DNA from: Marispirochaeta sp.
GTDB lineage: Bacteria > Spirochaetota > Spirochaetia > JC444 > Marispirochaetaceae
Assembly: GCA_963676835.2 (NCBI GenBank)
Contig: CAXXFF010000003.1
Location: 256,001 to 320,000 of the forward strand
Direction of reading: 5' to 3'
DNA: 64,000 bases
Shown piece after piece: positions 1 through 9,863 of the stretch; the first letter of the stretch is position 1; every line of letters begins with the position of its first letter. The position numbers and the translations under genes are program-made. The notes under the pieces are model-generated. The model did not search any database and was not told where the DNA came from. It worked only from the letters and a program-made list of their open reading frames with translations.

Positions 1-1184
1 TCATCATCTACAGTAAAATGGTTCTTAGCTATATCGCGAACCAGTTCATTTACCTTTTCATTTTTTAAGATACGCTCATCTGTAAACAGAGCCCCATCGG
101 CACTGCAGAGCTCCTTCACATCACCAAGAATCGATATACAGTGTTCCAGTATCTGCCGCACTATGTCATGATACTGAAGAGAAACAATAATACCATCGAG
201 GTTTTCTGAAACACCAACGGATAAATCTTTCGACTTTTCAATGGAAGTACTGATTTTTTCAAGTTTAGGTTGAAGTTCACTGGTTATATTCGATAAAAGT
301 TCCTGTGATTTTATAATCTGCCCGATACTGTCTTCCAGAGTTTCTTCCTGTTCATTAAAAGAACTTTCAACCGCACCCGCTGCATCCTGAATACTGTCGT
401 TTATCTGTTCTGCAATTGACTTCGAACGCTGTGCAAGCTGCTGAACCTCGGAAGCGATAATCCGGAACCCATTACCGGCCTGCCCTGCGCGTGCAGCCTC
501 TATAGAGGTGGTAATGCTGAGAAGGTTCGTCTGATCTGCCAGGTCTGTCAGGCTGGTGGTAAAACTTCCGATTTTTCCGACCATATCTTTTAAAGTGGAC
601 ATATCTCGAAGATATCTTTTTCCCAGGGAGTTCAATTCTCTGGTTAAGGAACTAAGCCTGTCCGCTTCGCTGTTCAGATGATTTACTCCACGCTGAAGTC
701 CGGTATCTCCGTCCACAAGTTCATAAAAAACATTACGGATATCTTCGTTAACCTGTTTTGATGCACCGGTAATAGAAAAAATCCGATCTGAGAGCGCAAT
801 GTTGGAACTTTCAGTTCTTTGCACCACCCGCTGGGTGAGAGCATCAAGAATCGGAATTGCACCTGAAAATATCTGAACATTCTCCGAAATACGGTCGAGA
901 AGCATTGCATTTGATTGGTGGAGTTTTTGTGAGGCCTCAAGGGCTGCTTCAGCAGCCACGGTCTTTTTCTCCTGCACCAGTAAATGTTCTTTTAAAGATT
1001 CGATTTCGTCGGTATAGCGGTTTATAAGCAGTCGCTTCTGGCCCGCCTGGCTTTTTACCAGAAAAATCGTGGCACCAAGGCCGAGCAACACAGCAGCGGT
1101 GATTATGAATGAACTTGAGACGGGAAAAAAAGCTGTGACTGCAATAGCTATGACAAGTAGTAAACTGTTTATCAGAATCAACAT
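1..1184 (-). CDS. Methyl-accepting chemotaxis protein, 3' end off the window
   Basis: Hand translation from ATG 1184 (GGAGG upstream): hydrophobic N-terminus, then MCP signalling hairpin LADQTNLLSITTSIEAARAGQAGNGFRIIASEVQQLAQRS; open to position 1. Confidence 0.9.
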   Translation of the reverse strand, partial: MLILINSLLLVIAIAVTAFFPVSSSFIITAAVLLGLGATIFLVKSQAGQKRLLINRYTDEIESLKEHLLVQEKKTVAAEAALEASQKLHQSNAMLLDRISENVQIFSGAIPILDALTQRVVQRTESSNIALSDRIFSITGASKQVNEDIRNVFYELVDGDTGLQRGVNHLNSEADRLSSLTRELNSLGKRYLRDMSTLKDMVGKIGSFTTSLTDLADQTNLLSITTSIEAARAGQAGNGFRIIASEVQQLAQRSKSIAEQINDSIQDAAGAVESSFNEQEETLEDSIGQIIKSQELLSNITSELQPKLEKISTSIEKSKDLSVGVSENLDGIIVSLQYHDIVRQILEHCISILGDVKELCSADGALFTDERILKNEKVNELVRDIAKNHFTVDD

Positions 1185-1244
1185 TTTCCTCCAGAATATT
1201 TACCTATTATTATGAAAGAAAACGTTCCAATTTGCAATTTTAGA

Positions 1245-1281
1245 AATAAAAAAAGCACCGAAAGAAAATCTCCGGTGCTTT
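1245..1281 (-). terminator. Intrinsic terminator after the Nif11-like gene
   Basis: Minus strand AAAGCACCG-loop-CGGTGCTTT running into a T7 tract. Confidence 0.8.
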
Positions 1282-1315
1282 CTATATCCAAGGTAGGGGT
1301 AAAATATAAAGTAAA

Positions 1316-1534
1316 CTATACCCAGATACCTTTCTTGGGAGGATTACCGTAAGATTCGAATGAATCGCCGTTTTCCTTTAATACCGCTTTAAGTTCATCT
1401 TCTGTAAAATCAAATCCGTCTTCCTGTGCCATGGCGGTAAACTTATCCATTGAAAAACAGTTGTCGTATTTTACCCGGAATTTTCTGTCGTCTGCGCCTT
1501 TATCTAGAAAAGCCAGTACATTCTCTTTAGACAT
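1316..1534 (-). CDS. Nif11-like leader peptide family small protein
   Basis: MSKENVLAFLDK...AMAQEDGFDFTEDEL fits the Nif11 pattern; GGAGG RBS. Confidence 0.8.
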   Translation of the reverse strand: MSKENVLAFLDKGADDRKFRVKYDNCFSMDKFTAMAQEDGFDFTEDELKAVLKENGDSFESYGNPPKKGIWV

Positions 1535-1608
1535 ATTAAGCCTCCATTGCTGGGTTGTAGAGGAATTTGCGTTTTGGCAGGTACAAATTACAACCTCATA
1601 AGCATTGA

Positions 1609-1624
1609 AGCAATATTATTACCA
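1609..1624 (-). promoter_or_regulatory. Putative sigma54 promoter of the Nif11-like gene
   Basis: Minus strand TGGTAATAATATTGCT, GG-N10-GC spacing, about 75 bp upstream of the ATG. Confidence 0.45.
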
Positions 1625-1732
1625 TAATTACAAACATTTCAAGTGTTTATTATGTTTTTGATAACTTTTTTAATATTTTCTTACTTTTCTTCTATAGGTA
1701 GACTTATTTATGCAAAACTATTGCTGCCCGGA

Positions 1733-3661
1733 ATCGGATAGGAGAGATAAAATAGTTTCAAACGACTGTTTTATCTCGTCCTTCCACACCACCGGGCATA
1801 CGGTTCCGTACCACGGCGGTTCCAGAATTAGAATTACACTACAATGTGCACTCTCGTATACCAATCATTGAAAAACTCATAACCATGGTTCCTTAGCACC
1901 TTCATATTCAACCACCATGAGACCGCATAAAACCCTGACAGTGCCCAGACTTTCTGTCTCGCATTGGCCACCAATAGCGCATCTTGGTGATTAGCACCAC
2001 ATTGCCTGAATAGTTTGTAGCGAGACCGGACACGACGGTTCTGGGCAAGAATTACCGCACGAATCTTATGCCGCACCCATGCATCAAGTATCTGTAAGCG
2101 CTTCTTGGCGAGGGCAAACCTGAAGTAGTTCACCCAACCTCTGACGAGATATCTCAGTCGATCTTTGCGAAAAACATAGCTCCATCCGTTGCTCTTGTTC
2201 AGGACCTCTTTGAGCTTGCCTTTCATTTTCAACATACTTTTGCGGTGAATGGTCAGCTGTATGGTCCCTCTCTGGTTAGAGAATCCATGTCCCAGAAATT
2301 TCACGTCTTTCGTAATATATCGAACAACGCTCTTTTCCCGGTTCACTTTCAACTTCAATTTCTTCTCCAGAAAGGTAGTGATGCTTTCCATTACCCTCTT
2401 CGCAGCCCTTTCTGTTTTGCAGAAGATCATCAGGTCATCGGCATATCGTACAAACGCGTGCCCTCGACTCTCCAACTCTTTATCGCAATCGTTAAGCATT
2501 ATGTTACTCAACAGTGGCGACAGAGGACCTCCTTGAGGAACTCCCTCATCAGTCGGTCTCTTTACCCCATTTACCATAACTCCTGCTTTCACAAATCGAT
2601 AGAGCAGAGATATGACCCGTCCATCCGTGATGGTAGTACTAATCATCTGTAATAGTCTGCTTTGCTGTACTGTGTCGAAAAATCTTTCCAAATCCAGATC
2701 GACTACCCAGACTCTTCCTTCCCGTGCATACTCAAGGCATTTCTTTAACGCGTCATGAGCGCTACGGTTCGGCCTGAATCCGTAACTGGTTTCACTGAAT
2801 ATGGGTTCATAGATGGCACTAAGCACATTAGCGATGGACATCTGGACTCCTCGGTCTATGACCGTGGGGATGCCAAGGTTCCTTTTCTTGCCATTGTCTT
2901 TAGGTATTTCTACCCTCCGAACAGGCTGTGGTTTGTACCGCTTTTCAAGTAGGTCATCCTTTAGATCCGGGTAGTGTTCTTCGAAATACGGCACCAGCTC
3001 TGATGCTTTCATCCCGTCCACACCACCTGAGCCTTTATTACTTGCAACCTTGCTGAACGCCAGGTGCATATTTTCATAGCTCACGATTCTGTCGAATAAT
3101 CTACTGGTGTCGATACTGTGATCGGTATTGGTTCCCTTGTATTGTTTCTTCCTGGACAACTTTGACGCTGTATCATTACCTTCACCTTCCGGGCTATCCT
3201 CATGATACAGTTCTTCTAACCGAAGTTGGCTGTCTTTTGCATTGTCTCTGGATACTTCCATATTCGGTAACCGCCGTTCTGGTTCAGTCCTTCCCAACGT
3301 TTAAATTGGTACTATGACGTCTGCTGACTTCTCATGGCAAGCTTTACTCCGTCTATCATGAGCGATATTGCAGCCTAAGACGTCCATAAGACCTCCCGAG
3401 GTAAGACGTGTCTCTTTCCTCCCATGTAGCCACTGGATTTACCGCCTCAGGTTCTGTACAGTGTTGGACTTCGTTCTGTATCGCAAACTTATCCACCTGA
3501 AACAGCCTCATATCCAGTTCGTGTTCCTTGGCTCAGGATTTTGCTTCCAGCTTCCTTCAGATTCTATCTCACGATAGACACCCTTGCCTTCAGCTAGTGG
3601 TAGGCACTGTAACCCCCACAGAGGACTTTCACCTCCAAGATACGCGCCATGCTCGGCACAC
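1733..3661 (-). mobile_element. Group II intron, bacterial class C (IIC)
   Basis: 5' GTGTGCCGAGC directly after a terminator T-tract; domain V GAACCGCCGTGGTACGGAACCGTATGCCCGGTGGTGT with CGC triad; domain VI ending CCTATCCGAT; internal RT ORF. Confidence 0.93.
1834..3297 (-). CDS. ltrA: Group II intron reverse transcriptase/maturase, no endonuclease domain; real start may be ATG 3261
   Basis: NKGSGGVDG, RNLGIPTVIDR, SYGFRPNRSAHDA, GVPQGGPLSPLLSN, RYADD and maturase GWVNYF motifs. Confidence 0.95.
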   Translation of the reverse strand: MGRTEPERRLPNMEVSRDNAKDSQLRLEELYHEDSPEGEGNDTASKLSRKKQYKGTNTDHSIDTSRLFDRIVSYENMHLAFSKVASNKGSGGVDGMKASELVPYFEEHYPDLKDDLLEKRYKPQPVRRVEIPKDNGKKRNLGIPTVIDRGVQMSIANVLSAIYEPIFSETSYGFRPNRSAHDALKKCLEYAREGRVWVVDLDLERFFDTVQQSRLLQMISTTITDGRVISLLYRFVKAGVMVNGVKRPTDEGVPQGGPLSPLLSNIMLNDCDKELESRGHAFVRYADDLMIFCKTERAAKRVMESITTFLEKKLKLKVNREKSVVRYITKDVKFLGHGFSNQRGTIQLTIHRKSMLKMKGKLKEVLNKSNGWSYVFRKDRLRYLVRGWVNYFRFALAKKRLQILDAWVRHKIRAVILAQNRRVRSRYKLFRQCGANHQDALLVANARQKVWALSGFYAVSWWLNMKVLRNHGYEFFNDWYTRVHIVV

Positions 3662-3698
3662 AATAAAAAAAGCACCGAACCGGGAAGTTCGATGCTTT
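3662..3698 (-). terminator. Intrinsic terminator after tRNA-Val; intron target site
   Basis: Minus strand AAAGCATCGAAC-loop-GTTCGGTGCTTTTTTTATT abuts the intron 5' end. Confidence 0.85.
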
Positions 3699-3725
3699 AA
3701 TTCTTTGCCTGTAAGGCATTTAATA

Positions 3726-3799
3726 TGGGCGGCATTGGATTCGAACCAACGACCCCTTGCGTGTCGAGCAAGTGCTCTAACCAACTGAGCTAGCCGCCC
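3726..3799 (-). tRNA. tRNA-Val(GAC)
   Basis: Cloverleaf GGGCGGC...GCCGCCCA, anticodon arm CTTGC-TCGACAC-GCAAG, GGTTCGAATCC T arm; CCA not encoded. Confidence 0.93.
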
Positions 3800-3825
3800 A
3801 TTTTAGCAGAGCTATTTCTACCACA

Positions 3826-4260
3826 TTATTTGAGGCTCATCAATACCCTTTCCAGGACTTTTTTGCGGTCCAAAGGCTTTACAATGTAGTTCTTTGCACC
3901 TATAAGTAGAGCCTTTTTTACAAGATCCTGTTTGCCCAGAGCACTGATCATTATAATCTTCGCTTCCTTGTCAAACTCGATAATCTTTTCAAGGCTGGTA
4001 ACTCCGTCCATACGGGGCATTGTAATATCCATGGTTACCAGATCAACATTAGGATAGAGTTCCTTATATTTTTCGAGTCCTTCCTGTCCATCCTTGGCTG
4101 TTCCTACAACTTCAAATCCTTCAGATGTTAAAATCTGACTGATCTGTTTGGTAACAAACATGGAGTCATCTACAACAAGAACACGGAAAGCTGATCCATC
4201 GGGACGGGTCCCTTCTGCTTTGCGTTCATTTATGTTAGGAAAATCCATTTTCGTTTTCAT
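3826..4260 (-). CDS. cheY: Chemotaxis response regulator CheY
   Basis: Receiver motifs VVDDS, MDITMP, SALG, KP; last gene of cheAWXY. Confidence 0.92.
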   Translation of the reverse strand: MKTKMDFPNINERKAEGTRPDGSAFRVLVVDDSMFVTKQISQILTSEGFEVVGTAKDGQEGLEKYKELYPNVDLVTMDITMPRMDGVTSLEKIIEFDKEAKIIMISALGKQDLVKKALLIGAKNYIVKPLDRKKVLERVLMSLK

Positions 4261-4271
4261 TCAAACGCCTC

Positions 4272-4736
4272 CTAAGCACGTTCCCGAACGGCTACATTAA
4301 TTTCTATTTTACCCTGGGGAAGATTAACCGGCACAATAAGTGCTTCTACTTCAGTATCGGTAACTTCCATATTATCACCAGTAAAAATTGCGGGGGGAGT
4401 AAGATCAAACTTGAAACCAAGATCATGCAGCTTGGTAACAGCCTGAGCTGTAATCATATTGGCAAGCTCTGTAATAGTTGCCTTCCCAAGTTCATCCAGT
4501 GTTTTGATCTCTTCACCGTTCATTGCAGAAGCAATGCCGGTAGCAGTATCTTTGCTCATGTCAAAAAGAACCCGGCCTTCAACATCTCCAGCCAGACCCA
4601 CTATTGCAGCTACACCCAGAACTGGCTGGGAGGTAGACTTCAAATACAGTTCACCCCGCGTAATTTCTTCATTTAAAACTTCGCGCAGAATATTAAATGC
4701 AGCTTCAACAAAGGGATTGATATATTCCACTCTCAT
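4272..4736 (-). CDS. cheX: CheY-P phosphatase CheX
   Basis: YINPFVEAA, ELANMI and DLTPP motifs; operon position. Confidence 0.95.
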   Translation of the reverse strand: MRVEYINPFVEAAFNILREVLNEEITRGELYLKSTSQPVLGVAAIVGLAGDVEGRVLFDMSKDTATGIASAMNGEEIKTLDELGKATITELANMITAQAVTKLHDLGFKFDLTPPAIFTGDNMEVTDTEVEALIVPVNLPQGKIEINVAVRERA

Positions 4737-4791
4737 AGGTTGCTCTCCTTACCCGCAATACTCAAAAGACTCATTACAATACTTAATACTA

Positions 4792-6120
4792 CTAAGATTT
4801 TTTTCTATACGCAACTATTCCTGCTGATTCTACCGGCTCCCATTCCGGACCATTCATCCTCTCATTGGTACCGATAATCAGTAGACCTCCGTTTTTAAGC
4901 TTCTCATCGAACTCATTTATCAGAGTTTCCTGCTCATTTTTGGCCAGAAAAGACAAAACATCCCTGGCTATTATAACATCCACCTGTGGGAATGGATTGT
5001 TATGCAGTATATCATGATATTCAAACAGAATATGATTCCGTATATCATCCTTAAACTGGAATCCCCCTTTTGTCTCCTGAACATACGATTTGAAATGTTC
5101 AGGAATTTCCATCTCCTGAAAAAGAAGACTGGGGGCGGTTGAAATACTCAACAGATCGTTGTCGTGAGCCCAAACCTTAAGAACTGCTTCGGGGTTGTTC
5201 CCCTTTAACAGCGATAAGATTGAGTATGTTTCATACCCTTTCGCACATCCGGCATTCCATATGGACAGGTTACCTTTCTGACCCGACGGTAATAGACCGC
5301 GAATGGCATCTGCATAGTCCTGAGTCCAGAGATTTCCGGTATCCCTTGAATAAAAAGGAGCAAGAAACTCATCACCTTCTTCGGGCGATTTTAACTGACT
5401 CTCTTCATCGCTGCCGCCGTGCTGATTTCTCCACTCCGCAAATCTGCTGATAACCCATTCACGGTTAATATCTGAAACGGTAAAGCGTTTGAAAGTTTTC
5501 AGCGTATCCTGAAGAAACTCTATCCCCAGGTCCTCTGAACTCTGCCGGCTTTCAGTCTCATCCTCTGCGGGTGACTGATCATTTGTCATGGGAATTCCCA
5601 TAACCTCCAGATCCAGCCTGGAGGATTCTGTCTCCTGATCATTCCCCAGGATCTTCTCGACATCAAGAATAATATAAAGTTTATTTTCGTTTTCAACGAT
5701 TCCCTTAATAAATTTTATATTAATATCACCAAACAGCGGATGAGGGGCCTGAATGGATGAAGAAGCGATACCAACCACCTTGTCGATGGTATCCACAATC
5801 ACACCTATGAAATAATTATCCAGACGGAGGATAATCATATCCTCCATATTATCTTTACCTGCCTCAGGGACCGGAAGGTTGAACATTTTTCTCAGGTCTA
5901 TAATGGATATAATATCACCCCTCAGATTATACACACCCCTGACATAGGGAGCAGTGTTGGGAACGTAGGTGAAACGATCTGCCTTTGAAATCTCTTTCAC
6001 CTTCATGATATCTATACCATACTCTTTCCCTGCCAGAGAAAAAGTGACCATTTTGAAGTCTATATGTTCGACAACACTTTTCTTTTCCGCTTCCAGCTCT
6101 TTTGCCTGTACCGTATCCAT
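4792..6120 (-). CDS. cheW: CheW-CheR-like fusion protein
   Basis: CheW domain (GVYNLRGDIISIIDL) plus CheR-like domain (IWNAGCAKGYETYSI, VIIARDVL); start set at ATG 6120 behind GAGGG. Confidence 0.9.
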   Translation of the reverse strand: MDTVQAKELEAEKKSVVEHIDFKMVTFSLAGKEYGIDIMKVKEISKADRFTYVPNTAPYVRGVYNLRGDIISIIDLRKMFNLPVPEAGKDNMEDMIILRLDNYFIGVIVDTIDKVVGIASSSIQAPHPLFGDINIKFIKGIVENENKLYIILDVEKILGNDQETESSRLDLEVMGIPMTNDQSPAEDETESRQSSEDLGIEFLQDTLKTFKRFTVSDINREWVISRFAEWRNQHGGSDEESQLKSPEEGDEFLAPFYSRDTGNLWTQDYADAIRGLLPSGQKGNLSIWNAGCAKGYETYSILSLLKGNNPEAVLKVWAHDNDLLSISTAPSLLFQEMEIPEHFKSYVQETKGGFQFKDDIRNHILFEYHDILHNNPFPQVDVIIARDVLSFLAKNEQETLINEFDEKLKNGGLLIIGTNERMNGPEWEPVESAGIVAYRKKS

Positions 6121-6136
6121 ATTTCCCTCTTCAGCC

Positions 6137-8524
6137 TCAGCGTACTGTTGTTTCACGTTTTCGTCGGTCAGCCATTTCCTGTTTAAAACCAAGTTCGAGC
6201 AGCTGACTTACATCTATAATAAGAGAAACTGTACCATCTCCAAGAATCGTAGCGCCGGCAATACCCGGCGCATTGGTATAGCTGTCTTTCAAAGGTTTGA
6301 TAACCACGTCTTCTTCGCCTATAAGGGAATCAACAATCAGGCCCATCTTCTTATCACCGCTGCCGACAATAACGACATAATGATATTCGAATTGATCATC
6401 CCCGGGCACTTTGAAAAGCCGGTTTAAACGCAGCAGAGAGATAACATCTTCCCGAACATTAAATACTTCATAGTTGTCAATCATGCGTATCTCTTCCGGC
6501 CGGATACGATGACTGTCTATAACCGAAGTTATCGGTATGGCGTATTTTTCCTGACCCACCTGAACAAGTAGTCCCTGGATAATTGCCAGCGTAAGAGGTA
6601 GCTTAATGGTAAACCGTGTACCCGAGCCCTGCTCGGACCAGACACTGACGCTACCATTCAGCTTTTCAATCTGCTTGCGGACAACATCCAGGCCGACTCC
6701 CCTTCCGGAAATATCTGTTACAGATTTGGCAGTGGAAAAACCGGGCTCAAAAATAAGATTGAAAGCTTCGATATCTGAAAGGTTTTTGCTTGGATGAATT
6801 ATCCCGCGGTCTATGGCTTTTCTTCGTACAGATTCAACATCGATTCCCTTACCGTCATCCTGAATCTCAATTACAATCATGTTGCCTTCGTTCTTGGCAC
6901 GCAGCAAAACATGTCCTTCTGCAGGCTTTCCGGACGCTTCCCGGTCAGGAATACTTTCAATACCGTGGTCAACGGAATTACGTACACAGTGAATCAGAGG
7001 ATCAAGCAGATCTTCAATTACAGATTTGTCCAGCTCGGTATCTTCACCTTCAATAATAAGCTGAATCTTTTTGTTGAGTGATTTGGAAATATCCCGTACA
7101 AGCCTGGGAAAGCGGGAAAAAATATGCGAGATGGGTACCATGCGAATCTGAAGAACCCGCTCATGGAGATCCCCTGTCAGCCGCCCAAGATTCTGGCTGG
7201 TGCTGCGGAACTTGTTAACCGCCCCTTTAAGTTTATTTTCAAAGGGGACAAAAAGGGTTGTTAGATCACCGAACTTTTCCTGCAGCTGCTGGCGAATCTC
7301 TTTTTCGCTTGCTCCGTGCTGAAGCTCTTCCGCCAGATTGGGTACAATATCAAATATTTCCCGCAGCTTTTCCTGAAAAAGTGACTCAGCACTTTTCAGC
7401 TCATCCTGGGTATCTGCAAACTGATTGGTAATCTGATTGAACGTAGCCTTGTTAATTACAGCCTCAGAAACAAGATTGAGCAGATTGTCAATTCTGGCGC
7501 TGTCCACCCGCAGGACAGAGCCCATCTTTTTCTTTTTCGCTGCAACCGTACTGTCCGGTGATGCGGCCGAAGCAACAGCCTCATTTATTTGTTCTGCGTT
7601 ATCCTGTACTTCAGAAGCAGCATTAGGTGCGGCTGCTGCCGCAGGAGCCTTTTTCGGGGCTGCCGGCGGCGGTGCAGTTTCCTGCTCAGCGGCCTGTGCA
7701 CTTTTTTCCACATCGGAAATGTCCACTGAACTAACCACATCAGGGATATGAACTCTTTTGAGAACCTCGTCCTCTCCTGCCTCTGTGGCAGTATAATAGA
7801 TTACTGTCGGGTGAAACTGGTCTTCATAAAGTTCTTCAAAATCCGGTTCAGTTTTAAGCACGGAACCGACTGCCTTCAGGGCAGCATAAACCTGAATACC
7901 ACCGACGGTATTCATTGGGTTTTCTTCATCAAAATGGACAGCCACGGCGAATAGCGTATCATCCGGGCCGGCAGCTTCTTTTAACTCCAGCAGATCTTCA
8001 TCGGAAAGCATCCCTGCCCCGGAAGATACTTTTACCGGTGATGCCGATACGGCCGGTGCCGGTTCGGGACTTGCCTGCGGCTGGGGTGCTGGAGCAGGAT
8101 CCGCAACTTCCGGAGCACTTCCAGCTTCATCGCTGATAAAGTTTTTGAGCCGCCGGCTGGTTTCGGAAATATCCATGGTGAACTCTTCACCATTTGATCG
8201 CGCCTCGAGAATACCCTTTATGATGTCAATTGAGGACAGTAAAACATCTATCAGATCTTCACTGATATTTACCGAGCCGTTGCGGATTTCATCGAGCAAA
8301 TCCTCAACATGGTGGGTAAAACCGGCCAGATCATTCATCTGCACCGTTGCAGATCCACCTTTCAGGGTGTGGGCTGCACGGAAGATCTCGTCTACCGCAT
8401 CTTTATTGCCGGGATCATTTTCCAGAACAAGGATGTTCTGTTCCAGTATTTCGACCTGCATATTTGCTTCCATAAAGAAGTCTTTCAGCAGTTCTTCATT
8501 ATTTGGATCTAGGTAGTCACTCAT
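6137..8524 (-). CDS. cheA: Chemotaxis histidine kinase CheA
   Basis: IFRAAHTLKG, HCVRNSVDHGIE, GFSTA...SGRGVGLDVV, C-terminal CheW-like domain. Confidence 0.97.
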   Translation of the reverse strand: MSDYLDPNNEELLKDFFMEANMQVEILEQNILVLENDPGNKDAVDEIFRAAHTLKGGSATVQMNDLAGFTHHVEDLLDEIRNGSVNISEDLIDVLLSSIDIIKGILEARSNGEEFTMDISETSRRLKNFISDEAGSAPEVADPAPAPQPQASPEPAPAVSASPVKVSSGAGMLSDEDLLELKEAAGPDDTLFAVAVHFDEENPMNTVGGIQVYAALKAVGSVLKTEPDFEELYEDQFHPTVIYYTATEAGEDEVLKRVHIPDVVSSVDISDVEKSAQAAEQETAPPPAAPKKAPAAAAAPNAASEVQDNAEQINEAVASAASPDSTVAAKKKKMGSVLRVDSARIDNLLNLVSEAVINKATFNQITNQFADTQDELKSAESLFQEKLREIFDIVPNLAEELQHGASEKEIRQQLQEKFGDLTTLFVPFENKLKGAVNKFRSTSQNLGRLTGDLHERVLQIRMVPISHIFSRFPRLVRDISKSLNKKIQLIIEGEDTELDKSVIEDLLDPLIHCVRNSVDHGIESIPDREASGKPAEGHVLLRAKNEGNMIVIEIQDDGKGIDVESVRRKAIDRGIIHPSKNLSDIEAFNLIFEPGFSTAKSVTDISGRGVGLDVVRKQIEKLNGSVSVWSEQGSGTRFTIKLPLTLAIIQGLLVQVGQEKYAIPITSVIDSHRIRPEEIRMIDNYEVFNVREDVISLLRLNRLFKVPGDDQFEYHYVVIVGSGDKKMGLIVDSLIGEEDVVIKPLKDSYTNAPGIAGATILGDGTVSLIIDVSQLLELGFKQEMADRRKRETTVR

Positions 8525-8705
8525 CTCGAAATTAATCTTTATATATAAGTACCGTTAAGTCAAGCGAGATTTTTTACTTAAGCCTTATTCAATCAAAAGT
8601 TAAGCCTATGTATGCTTGAGTAAAGGTATGATACTATCGATAATAAACTGTAGGATTTTGGTTTATCTTATTTTCGGGGATACATTTACTTCAGGACGGT
8701 TTATT

Positions 8706-9863
8706 ATGCGTTTCAAGTCTTCTATTTTGCCGTATTTCCTTGTCACTCTTTTTATTGCCGGTACAGTTACGCATGGATTTGCAGCGGATGTCTCAGTTAC
8801 TACAATGGAGCTTATTACAAGGGGATCCATGGATGGCGACAACTTTGTTCTGGATACATTCGGGGACATAGATGTAGAAATAGCCGGTGGATACAAACTC
8901 GGAGGAGCCTTAACCCTGGGGATTACCAACGGCACCATGGGGATGTCCAACACGGACCTTTCGACCGCTGATTCTGCAGAGACTTACCTGAGTGATTCTG
9001 CACTGCTATACCTTAAGTCTGCCCGGGTTTCGGTAAGAGAAGCATTTAATCTCCCCCTGACCATATCCTACTTCACCGGCGAAACAGAAACTTTTGCAAA
9101 TGGCGACATATTTCCATCCTACTATGGTTCAGGCCAGGTAGCCTCACTTTTTAGGGGGTACTTTTACTTTCCCGATACGGTTGTTTATGACGGCCTGTAC
9201 AGCGTCGACGGTACGGGAATACAGATTGATACAGATTTCGGACGGAACTGGACCAGACTTAGCCTGTATACCTATCAGGACAACAATTACGGGCAGGGGC
9301 ATTACAGCTCGGATTTACGCTGGAACGCAAACGGTGACAATTTCAAGATCGATACCTTCCTTGGCGGGTCCTATCCCTATGGAGATTACGGGCTTTACCG
9401 GGCGGGAGTCTTAATTGATCTGATTGCAAATGAAAAAGGTGAGTTTTTTGCCCAGGTGGGTATCCCCCGTTTTTCACCCGGGGAAGATGCCATCGATATA
9501 GGCATGTTCTATTTCCTTTTTGAACCTCGAATTCATTTTGGTGTAGGCAGCCTTATTTTCACCTTTTTCTCCCATCCCAAATACTACAAGGAATACATGG
9601 AGACAGAAACCGGAGAAACCGGCGATCTGCACACAAATATCAATCTACTGTTCGGTAAACCCGAAGAAACACCACTTGCAGGCGGTCTTGAAACTACAAT
9701 GCTTTACAGCGACGATACCGACCTGAGTGTTACAGTCTCTCCATATATGAGCTTTATTACCCAGGGCGCCGTGTGGAACCTGAAATTAAATTACCTGGCC
9801 ACCGAAACGAGCAGTATCAGCGATATGTTCAGTGCGTTTATCGGTGTACGAGCGGAGTTTTAG
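8706..9863 (+). CDS. Hypothetical exported protein, probable outer-membrane beta-barrel
   Basis: Signal peptide from ATG 8706, aromatic/Gly-rich strands, C-terminal FIGVRAEF. Confidence 0.6.
   Translation: MRFKSSILPYFLVTLFIAGTVTHGFAADVSVTTMELITRGSMDGDNFVLDTFGDIDVEIAGGYKLGGALTLGITNGTMGMSNTDLSTADSAETYLSDSALLYLKSARVSVREAFNLPLTISYFTGETETFANGDIFPSYYGSGQVASLFRGYFYFPDTVVYDGLYSVDGTGIQIDTDFGRNWTRLSLYTYQDNNYGQGHYSSDLRWNANGDNFKIDTFLGGSYPYGDYGLYRAGVLIDLIANEKGEFFAQVGIPRFSPGEDAIDIGMFYFLFEPRIHFGVGSLIFTFFSHPKYYKEYMETETGETGDLHTNINLLFGKPEETPLAGGLETTMLYSDDTDLSVTVSPYMSFITQGAVWNLKLNYLATETSSISDMFSAFIGVRAEF

Noticed and set aside
1834..3297. RT as a retron, DGR or defence RT
   Set aside because: Flanked by a group II 5' end and domains V/VI, has a maturase domain, and no template/variable repeat pair was seen.
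7540..8130. Ala/Pro-rich low-complexity tracts
   Set aside because: Ordinary CheA interdomain linkers.
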